Source of the DNA: a virus
Virus record (IMG/VR): IMGVR_UViG_3300042450_000799
Span: 1 to 64,000 of that record
Length of the DNA stretch: 64,000 nucleotides
Direction: 5' to 3' (one strand)
In this document: positions 49,201 to 56,101 of the stretch, in pieces
Layout: every line of letters starts with the position of its first letter
Position numbering within the stretch: position 1 is the stretch's first letter
Notes under the pieces: generated by a model
The model's input: the letters and a program-made list of their open reading frames with translations, nothing else
What the model was told of the DNA's origin: nothing
Databases searched by the model: none
Program-made: the position numbers and the translations under genes

Positions 49201-51245
49201 TAAATTGGTTCGGGTCTACCTAAAAAATCAGTTCCTTGGAAATTTGGTGTGCTTGATTCGTTAAATTTAATGTCGTATGGAGGAAACCACATAACCCTTC
49301 CTCCATTTGGGCCTTTCTCACATACAGGTAAATCATCATACGTAAATCCAGGTCTATTTGATGTTCTCCAAGCTAAATTTTCAATAGAAAACATATATTT
49401 TTTAGCATACCCACCTCTACCATTTTCCCCTCCAGAGACAATATTTGTTGACCCAGGATTTTTTAACGGGGCAATATTTAAATTGAACGTATTATCTAAA
49501 ACAGAATTTGTAAATCTTCTTCCTGACGTTGTTATACCATCAGTCTTTTGTAAATCAGCATATGTGTAGTATGGTGTATCTTTTGTAAAAATCCTACAAT
49601 ATTCTATACCCACTTCACCACCTGTTGTATTATCAGTATAGGAAACAACCTGAGAACCTTTAGTTATTTCTTTATATCCATCATGAAACACTTTACTAAC
49701 TTGATTTATCGCATTACCAACATGTTTTAATCTCTTAATACCAGTAACATTATCCGCAGAATCAACAATTCTTTGTGTTTGATCAAGTATTGAAGTTTCT
49801 TTAAATGTAATATTCGTAGATTCATTTTTTAAATAATCCGAACTAATTTGATTAAATTGTTGATCTAACTCCCCTGAACCTCCACCCGGAGTTGCATGAA
49901 AACCAGCGTTTTCTTTATATTTAGGAGATACCCATATAAATTGACCATCAATACCACCTCCATCACTTGATGATTTACCCGCTAAACCAAAATTTAGTTT
50001 AGTCTCATTACCTTCATAAAGAATCCCTAATTCTGAAGGCCCATAAACAGGTGTTTGTACTTGTTTACCAAATGGGTCAACTGGCACTTGATTTGGGGGT
50101 GAAGCTATCGTTGAAGGGTCAGCGTTTTTACTACCCACATAATAACCACCAACAACAGTTCCATTATCGGGGTTAATTAGACTAACTGTTAAATTAACAA
50201 TTGCTTGACCAACACCTAATAACCCACCATAACTTTTGTCATAATCAGGTTGAAATCTATTATAATTTATATTCGCAAATAACGCAGATCTTTGACCATT
50301 ACCTGTATTCGCTAAGAATATTTGGGATGGATTCCTTGTCTTATTTAAGATTGGTCCTAAAAATCCTCCCGTTAATTTATTAATGATATTTAAAGCCGAT
50401 GATGTTTGTTTTGATTGACCACCATCAAGTTCACTTTGTTTAAAATAATCCCCAGGAATTGGTGATACAGGCCAATAAGCACCCGCCAATCTTGTCGCCA
50501 AGTCAACAGCCGCTAAAATAGGGTTTTCTGGTACTGTAATTCTCCAATTTTTATAAATTAAAGGTTGTTGTCCAGATACTAATAAACTAGCCTCAAAAGG
50601 ATCTTGTAATGACTGTAAATTAACAGCGCCTACCGTATGTTGATAAATTTCAAACGCAACCCTCTCTAAAAACAACCCTTTTAGGGTTTGAGCACCAAGT
50701 TTCGCTAGATATGAATCTTGAGATAACGATCCGTTAGACCCTGTTGGGCTATTTGACGATAATATCTCAAATGGAGAATAAACTGATGGTGTAAAAGTAA
50801 AATAAGGTAGATGAAGTTTATTATTATTTTGAATATTATCAATAACCACCATATCTTTATACCCCCCTTCAGGCCCAAACGGATTTTCAATATAAGCAGC
50901 GTCAATAAAAAACTCATTAACCAAATCCAACGCTGTATCAGTTGGATTATACTCCCCTTGATTTGAATTAACTGGTAATGGAGGGTTATTATATGTAATA
51001 TTTAAATTATAACCACCATTTGGCCCATATGAATTTAATGGATATAGTAGTTGACCATATGGGTCATCATGAATTAACGTATCAGGAGAATCAATAACAT
51101 TTGAAACCGTTTGGGATAATTCATAATTTAATGGTCCTGATGGTGGAGTATAAACTCCGGGTACAGAATATTGAGCTAAATTTTTAGCCATTAAACTATT
51201 TCTGAAACTCGATGTTGATACAAATGATAAAGTACTCCCTGTCAT
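46206..51245 (-). CDS. Large baseplate/tube-initiator-type protein containing an OmpA-like peptidoglycan-binding domain
   Basis: FLGRPEPIYTY..TSR and APP..ILRLGD tube-initiator-like motifs; FYFEND...LEGSAS....YNKALSERR...RRV OmpA-C motif; immediately follows tape measure. Confidence 0.7.
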   Translation of the reverse strand: MTGSTLSFVSTSSFRNSLMAKNLAQYSVPGVYTPPSGPLNYELSQTVSNVIDSPDTLIHDDPYGQLLYPLNSYGPNGGYNLNITYNNPPLPVNSNQGEYNPTDTALDLVNEFFIDAAYIENPFGPEGGYKDMVVIDNIQNNNKLHLPYFTFTPSVYSPFEILSSNSPTGSNGSLSQDSYLAKLGAQTLKGLFLERVAFEIYQHTVGAVNLQSLQDPFEASLLVSGQQPLIYKNWRITVPENPILAAVDLATRLAGAYWPVSPIPGDYFKQSELDGGQSKQTSSALNIINKLTGGFLGPILNKTRNPSQIFLANTGNGQRSALFANINYNRFQPDYDKSYGGLLGVGQAIVNLTVSLINPDNGTVVGGYYVGSKNADPSTIASPPNQVPVDPFGKQVQTPVYGPSELGILYEGNETKLNFGLAGKSSSDGGGIDGQFIWVSPKYKENAGFHATPGGGSGELDQQFNQISSDYLKNESTNITFKETSILDQTQRIVDSADNVTGIKRLKHVGNAINQVSKVFHDGYKEITKGSQVVSYTDNTTGGEVGIEYCRIFTKDTPYYTYADLQKTDGITTSGRRFTNSVLDNTFNLNIAPLKNPGSTNIVSGGENGRGGYAKKYMFSIENLAWRTSNRPGFTYDDLPVCEKGPNGGRVMWFPPYDIKFNESSTPNFQGTDFLGRPEPIYTYKSTSRTGTLTWKMIVDHPSVMNIVAEKQLKGQNKEKITSIMDSFFAGCVKFDIYELAKKYNTIPAADLFTYQQILNNPKLTPEELAGVNLSIPKQGSGADAGPETNVVVATTEDTSGAEFENKYLDFAFYFENDIPGKSPNTTTTDPYQNTYNTYTSPSNIKKYVSKAKGTFNSGSSDVNVQEFFDRVVTGNFTVFSKGFVKDAVKLLTDNPKATISVTLEGSASAVASVDYNKALSERRIDSISKFFKSYSDGTNSLGSFMTGSNVRFIIKTEPGTGEETVIPKAYLEQGSDTTPVSTSGTTTGSEVDCRVNQKDQNGKVTADSQKYSVSAMACRRVRVKTIDVVLPDKSESETKTPEVIKEVKTVNVDVPKPLPTVDTIKKIKEGISKKILRGILSECDYFDVIKEENPMVYDSFKEKIKYFNPAFHSTTPEGLNARLTFLNQCVRPGDTIPSIGTDGKPKYNDAVNTSFGAPPVLILRLGDFINSKIIPTALTFGYEPLIFDLNPEGIGIQPMIANVSLSFNIIGGMGLAKPVEQLQNALSFNYYGNTEIYDERSVWTEDTSALDKSVVDAILASQTPATVADVKNPATNNGGTTIGEIVTNIPVPNGQTGETSYQKIMDSLLTDTKTYFEAVVNQMEKLTVNFNYGIEQLVNDSRQYTGGTILAGTVILTPQGEIYGKPEGVEKRLETLFKKVIEDIDNNNNPIITELKLKFDEGSSTLREVKQNMIDYITSLSSTFPSEITTITQELTILQQSYVQNIRKLNLINSKTDGKLLDAGTPRVYNIKGTNPISDLSNNPNVVPTDTYDELRLDYISLRDALKDFSDLLDTERIVSKTSLYREGDFTEIDEGSFKSIEDKRFFLVISRIFNDKNKLEEFKKYVIKGELVDVKDPVKLLKKFDDITDDIEKRYSKEIKKEEKKFDKFKTNKLYTSFTNGLEKKMYPKGKTRKFNYTTVADPATEKDQKTNIQNLYRTVNVPPLEKDTFDGKIKFD

Positions 51246-51283
51246 GTTTTATGTTTTTCTATAAATAGAGTCAATCCCTATTT

Positions 51284-53158
51284 TTATACCACCCCTAGTT
51301 CAGAGAGAGCCTTCAAATTTTGTTGTTTCTGAATAGAATTTAATGGTGAAGTTCCTGAAACACCACTCAATGCGTCTTGTAGAGATTTAATTAAAGTTTG
51401 CTTAATAGATGGGTCGTTAAGAGCTAAAGTTAATTGTGTTACATCCATATTCGTAGGTGCTTCAACCTTAACGTTCAAATCAACTTTTACAGGTTCCACT
51501 TTTATTGTTGAATTTGAAGAGTTTCCATTTATAGATGATTGAGTATTATTAAGTGGTGTTATCAAAGGAGCATTAACATTACTTCCCATTTTATTAACGG
51601 GTAACGATAAATCTATTTTCTGATCTTTCTCGATAAATGCTTTCCCTGATTCCGCAATTGTTGTAAAAAATTTAAGTAATGGGTTTGTTGACTCACCCAA
51701 AGTTTTAATCGATTTAGCTGAATTATCTAACGCTTCTGTCCAAGCACCTTTAATAAATGTTTCAGAATTTTTAGCCGCTGTACCAAGAGCCTCAAGCATA
51801 GGCGTTCCTTTATTTACCGAATCTATGAAGGTGCTCAACATACCCCCAAACTGATTACCAAGACCTTTAGATGTTAAAGACTCCCCACTAGTTATCTTTG
51901 TCACACCTTTTGTTACAAGTCTAGAAGCGTTTTCAGCATCTGTTACAATTTTTTGTCCCGCCATTCCTAAACCAAATCTTGTTGATAAAGCTTCAAGATG
52001 TTTTTCCGATAACTTTGATGTCGTTAATTGATCTTCAGCAATATCAATTATTTCTTTTGGTTGACTCGCCTTAACTAACTCATTAAATGATTCCTCGCTG
52101 GTACCATACTTCTCGAGAGCAGCATTGATGTCCATCTCAGCACCATCAACCTTGATCATCATATCACCATTTTTACCCATTTCAGTAATGTTTGCTAACA
52201 TTTCTTTTTGTTCTTTGGTCGCGAACTCTGGGAAAGATATTTTACTGAGTTTATCGTCCAATTCAGCACCACCTAAAGCCATTTTAGTTATTTCACCATA
52301 ACTAATATTTAATTCCTTACTTATCTCCATAAGTTGTCTTTTACCATCAGGTAAAATTTCAAAATGTCCGTCAGCATTTAATTTTGTAAATGATTTTGAC
52401 ATCTCAGCGATTTGATTTTGGAGTTCAGCAGGATCATTTTGAGCTAAATCCATTAATCTCAACGGATCCAATAAATCTGATTGGGTAACTCCCAATCTTT
52501 GCATAGCGGATGCCATCTTAATAGCCTCCTCAGGGTTAAACAATTTATCAGCTAATTGAAAGGTCTCTTTCATATCAACTCTTAAATTAACCGCTTGAGC
52601 CGCCATTTTTGATAACCCCTCAACACCACCTTGAAAATTGTACTTATTTAAAGAATCAAGGTTTGTAACAACCGATAGTGAAACTGCTCGAGCATCAACC
52701 CCAATTAATCTTGCGGTATCCATAACTTTTTGCATTTGATTACTCACCTCATATAGTGAGAACCCTGCGTTTTTAAACCCATTAATAAGTGAACTATTAG
52801 CAACACCTGTAACTTGAGCTGTAGCATAAAGTTTTTCATAACTATCGGACGCTAAAATAACATTTCTACCTAACGCCTTTGACGATTCAAGTTGTAAATC
52901 TATAACATCTTTTTGAGTTCCACCTAATTGAACAACCTTTGTTACCGCATTAGCCAAACCTGACCTAATTTCGGTTATTTGTTCCCTACCTTGACCAAAA
53001 GCCTTAGCAACCTGTATTGCCCCGTCTTCTATTGAAGCAACAATTACCTTTATCTTTTCACCATCAAAATTATCACTAAGAGCCTTTTGGTATTTACCTG
53101 TAATGCCTTGAACATACTTGTTAGCATCAGCTCCTAAAGGGTTTTCTTCATCAGCCAT
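51284..53158 (-). CDS. Tail tape measure protein
   Basis: Ala/Leu/Lys-rich helical protein between the tail chaperone and baseplate genes. Confidence 0.75.
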   Translation of the reverse strand: MADEENPLGADANKYVQGITGKYQKALSDNFDGEKIKVIVASIEDGAIQVAKAFGQGREQITEIRSGLANAVTKVVQLGGTQKDVIDLQLESSKALGRNVILASDSYEKLYATAQVTGVANSSLINGFKNAGFSLYEVSNQMQKVMDTARLIGVDARAVSLSVVTNLDSLNKYNFQGGVEGLSKMAAQAVNLRVDMKETFQLADKLFNPEEAIKMASAMQRLGVTQSDLLDPLRLMDLAQNDPAELQNQIAEMSKSFTKLNADGHFEILPDGKRQLMEISKELNISYGEITKMALGGAELDDKLSKISFPEFATKEQKEMLANITEMGKNGDMMIKVDGAEMDINAALEKYGTSEESFNELVKASQPKEIIDIAEDQLTTSKLSEKHLEALSTRFGLGMAGQKIVTDAENASRLVTKGVTKITSGESLTSKGLGNQFGGMLSTFIDSVNKGTPMLEALGTAAKNSETFIKGAWTEALDNSAKSIKTLGESTNPLLKFFTTIAESGKAFIEKDQKIDLSLPVNKMGSNVNAPLITPLNNTQSSINGNSSNSTIKVEPVKVDLNVKVEAPTNMDVTQLTLALNDPSIKQTLIKSLQDALSGVSGTSPLNSIQKQQNLKALSELGVV

Positions 53159-53201
53159 TTAAGTTATTTTATTATAAATACATAACACGTCCCATTTTAT
53201 A

Positions 53202-53345
53202 CTAATCTTTGGGTGTATTATATTCAATAATTTTATTAATAAGGAATTTTCGTTCATATGTTGGCATACGATAAAAGTCCGAATATGAAACCCTAAGGAT
53301 TTTAGCCATTAAATAAAATTCCTCGATGAGGTGTTGTCGATAATC
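53202..53345 (-). CDS. Unannotated +1-frame ORF (DYRQHLIEEFYLMAKILRVSYSDFYRMPTYERKFLINKIIEYNTPKD): tail-chaperone frameshift extension, or a 35-aa gene from ATG 53309
   Basis: Open +1 frame overlapping the end of 53344..54102; MPxxER motif; position immediately before tape measure. Confidence 0.65.
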   Translation of the reverse strand, partial: DYRQHLIEEFYLMAKILRVSYSDFYRMPTYERKFLINKIIEYNTPKD

Positions 53346-54102
53346 AAAAGAAAGGCCGAAAAAACTCCACCCCAAAGGATATCTCGAAAGATACCATTTC
53401 TCCTGATGGGGCGTATGCTGTTTTTCTTAGGTCTAATGACGGTTCGTTTTCTCTCATAAAGTTACGAATATGTTTAGAATCCATAATCGGTAGAGCTTCT
53501 ACAAATGCAGAAATCGTACTTTGATCTGTAGACCCGTCAACTTCCTGAATTTGTTTATTCAATCTCCATGTAACTGTCGGAGCTGTTCGTCCAGCAGGAT
53601 ATTGGTCAGATAATCTACCCAACTCTAAAATCTCAGAATAATTTAACGGTTTTAATTTAACAGTAGAATTTGTTTTAGGTAATTTTGTTATAAATAACCC
53701 ATTTTCATCCGCATCACTGGTTGTTTGTTTAATGTTTAACTCATCTAAAATTACAGTTGCTGTAAATTTTTTATCAGTCTGAGGATCAGTTAAATTAACT
53801 TCATATTCAGGCCCAAAAGATGTATTTCGTAAATAAATCATAATCGCCTCAACATCACCGTTTAAAAGTTCTTCAGGACGTAATTCAGTCTCATATATTT
53901 TATTTCTAAGTAGAGTTAAAATGATATTAGTATTTGGGTTTTGAGAAGCACCAATTAAAACATTTTCATCATTAGCCGTTAAATAACCCACTTTAATTGA
54001 TTTCTTTTTAGATTTGTAAAATCTTCCACCTGAAGGTAATGTGACAACGTCATGGGGTAGGTTAAATCCCTCCGTTCCAGCTTTAATTAAATCTTGTTCC
54101 AT
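53344..54102 (-). CDS. T4 gp26-like baseplate hub / tail assembly chaperone
   Basis: LPSGG.FY, LTA.DE..L, L..GD..AI...LR..SFG.EY; ends FFRPFF. Confidence 0.75.
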   Translation of the reverse strand: MEQDLIKAGTEGFNLPHDVVTLPSGGRFYKSKKKSIKVGYLTANDENVLIGASQNPNTNIILTLLRNKIYETELRPEELLNGDVEAIMIYLRNTSFGPEYEVNLTDPQTDKKFTATVILDELNIKQTTSDADENGLFITKLPKTNSTVKLKPLNYSEILELGRLSDQYPAGRTAPTVTWRLNKQIQEVDGSTDQSTISAFVEALPIMDSKHIRNFMRENEPSLDLRKTAYAPSGEMVSFEISFGVEFFRPFF

Positions 54103-54162
54103 ATAGAATTGTTTTTATTATAAAAATAAGATAAAGTCAATTTTTATAAAGATAATCAATAC

Positions 54163-54384
54163 CTATATTATCAATTTATTTTTTTTATAATATTTCTTTT
54201 TTGGAGAGTACGACCGAACACCTTGTTTTCTAAGGTTAGTCATTTTTTTCTTCATCCTTAAATCATTCTTAATCATTGTATTATGTAACACTCTCATATT
54301 TTCTTCATGAACACTATATGTGTTTTGAGAACATGAACACACTATTAAGATTAATAATGGTGTGGTTATTTTGATTAAAAACAT
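54163..54384 (-). CDS. Small basic putative lipoprotein (probable start MFLIK at 54384)
   Basis: Short hydrophobic leader ending IVCSC followed by a Lys-rich body; lies downstream of the tube terminator. Confidence 0.45.
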   Translation of the reverse strand: MFLIKITTPLLILIVCSCSQNTYSVHEENMRVLHNTMIKNDLRMKKKMTNLRKQGVRSYSPKKKYYKKNKLII

Positions 54385-54421
54385 GTAATATTTAAAGTTT
54401 GTTTTATTTTTTTTTATAAAA

Positions 54422-54455
54422 AAAATTCCCATACATTTATTTATATGGGAATTTT
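54422..54455 (-). terminator. Intrinsic terminator after the tail tube gene
   Basis: AAAATTCCCATA-N10-TATGGGAATTTT with a T-tract on the minus strand. Confidence 0.75.
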
Positions 54456-54496
54456 ATAATATTGTAAATGTTTTAATATAATTTAAAAATTAAGAA

Positions 54497-54985
54497 TTAA
54501 TAAACCAATATACATCTATCCATACGGATTGTCGCTGTTATACTAGCAATTGCGTCTGTACTATAAGCCAATGAATCAAAGTTAACGTCAGATAACCAAC
54601 TACCCTCCATAATCCATTTCTCAACAACTACACCTGTTGGGTCTAACATCTCAAGATCAATATTTTTCTTATAACCAGCTGCATATCCCATACGACCTGT
54701 TACTGATTCAGCACATAAACGTACCCACTCCATTAAAGCTTGTGATGCTGAAGGCCCAATTGGGTCACGGAATTTAACATTTATAGTTCCCCAAGTAAAA
54801 CGTCCTGCAACATATGTTGAAGTATTTAAGAATTGAATCTCAACTGGATTTATTGTTATATGTGGTCTAGCTGCCGTTTCAACGAACCATTCATTAATCC
54901 CCAAAGTAGATGGGAAACGAAGAATGAACCTATTTTGTCTTTTCGGTTCATAAGGAATCGGCATTTTCATTAGTAAATCAGCCAT
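54497..54985 (-). CDS. Tail tube protein (T4 gp19-like)
   Basis: EPKRQNRF, AGRFTW..I...FRDPI, W..L......G..GY...YKK, LDPTG.VVEKW...G.W. Confidence 0.9.
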   Translation of the reverse strand: MADLLMKMPIPYEPKRQNRFILRFPSTLGINEWFVETAARPHITINPVEIQFLNTSTYVAGRFTWGTINVKFRDPIGPSASQALMEWVRLCAESVTGRMGYAAGYKKNIDLEMLDPTGVVVEKWIMEGSWLSDVNFDSLAYSTDAIASITATIRMDRCILVY

Positions 54986-55021
54986 TGTAATTTTTTGTTT
55001 GTTTTGTTTGTTTATTTTATT

Positions 55022-55058
55022 ATAAATATCCAGAGATTAAAAAATTTCTCTTTACTTT
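55022..55058 (-). promoter_or_regulatory. Putative late promoter of the tube gene: AAAGTAAAG-N20-ATATTTAT
   Basis: Matches the arrangement upstream of the sheath gene. Confidence 0.6.
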
Positions 55059-55077
55059 CTTTTTTTTTATTTTAATC

Positions 55078-55181
55078 TTCTAGTATTAATCTTCTAGTTA
55101 ATTATTTCTAGTATATATTTTCTAGTTAATTATTTCTAGTATATATTTTCTAGTATATATTTTCTAGTTAATTATTTCTAG
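55078..55181. repeat. Intergenic tandem array: 8 x TTCTAG at exact 14-bp period with A/T-rich 8-nt spacers
   Basis: TTCTAG starts at 55078, 55092, 55106, 55120, 55134, 55148, 55162, 55176; spacers TATTAATC, then TTAATTAT or TATATATT. Confidence 0.95.
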
Positions 55182-56030
55182 CTATACTCTTTTTTTCACC
55201 CCCCCTGCTGTTAAATATAAATCCCATATACTATCAGGATTATTCTTTTTTCCTCGTTTAACATCAAAAGTGTCGACATTTCGTTTATCATCATCAGAAA
55301 ACCCAATTTGAGGTTCTTGATTAATAATCACTTTCTTTAAGAAAGCTTTATTTTTAATACGGCTTGATATGTCCCTAATATGTCCTTCAAAATCATCAGC
55401 AGCTTTATTCTTACCTTCTTCTGGGTTGGTTGCTGACCCTTCACCATAAGTTACAGGATAAAACCTACATAAGTCAAGATATTCTTTAATCATATCTTTT
55501 TTAGACATTTCTCCCTCACCCGCCAAATCTCTATATTTTTCTAAATTTTTAACTAATTCGTTTGAACTAATGCCGTTATGGTTAGAAGCAATAAGGTTAT
55601 AACAAGCTTCTTTAAGTACATTTGGAGTGTGACCCCTTGCGGTTATTATCGAAAAAATCGACCCACTATTAATAGCCTCTACAAAATCAGACCAAGATGG
55701 TCCTGGTTTCGCCAATAAGGAATCAATTATAAATTGTTTATCACCTTTAACACCAAAATTTATAAAAGAATCATCCGATAAAGACACGATCATATGATCA
55801 TTATATTCAAACGGTGTTTCCGCATCCCCACTTTTATTAAAATTACCTCTATATTCAGCAAAATCCTCAGTAGACATACCTACTTTTTTACCATTTTCAT
55901 CTTTTAATAAAATTATTGTTGGCATAAACATAATGTTATCGTCCCAATCAAAAGCGTAGTATTTCAAATCGGGAGTTCCCTCCTCATCAAAACCTTCACT
56001 TAAAAAAATATTTCTAATTTTCATTTTCAT
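55182..56030 (-). CDS. HAD-superfamily phosphatase-like protein
   Basis: AFDWDDN (DxD motif I), IITARGH (motif II), K, FSDDD (motif IV). Confidence 0.75.
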   Translation of the reverse strand: MKMKIRNIFLSEGFDEEGTPDLKYYAFDWDDNIMFMPTIILLKDENGKKVGMSTEDFAEYRGNFNKSGDAETPFEYNDHMIVSLSDDSFINFGVKGDKQFIIDSLLAKPGPSWSDFVEAINSGSIFSIITARGHTPNVLKEACYNLIASNHNGISSNELVKNLEKYRDLAGEGEMSKKDMIKEYLDLCRFYPVTYGEGSATNPEEGKNKAADDFEGHIRDISSRIKNKAFLKKVIINQEPQIGFSDDDKRNVDTFDVKRGKKNNPDSIWDLYLTAGGVKKRV

Positions 56031-56057
56031 ATTAATAAATATCTCATCATATATATT

Positions 56058-56089
56058 AAATCCCCAATAAAATTAATTATTGGGGATTT
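56058..56089 (-). terminator. Hairpin after the tail sheath gene
   Basis: AAATCCCCAATAA-AATTAA-TTATTGGGGATTT 13-bp stem. Confidence 0.7.
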
Positions 56090-56101
56090 GATTTATTTTT
56101 G

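Noticed and set aside
55078-55181. Mini CRISPR array
   Set aside because: Unit is only 14 bp and the spacers are repeated 8-mers, not unique 30-40 nt sequences; no cas genes in the window.
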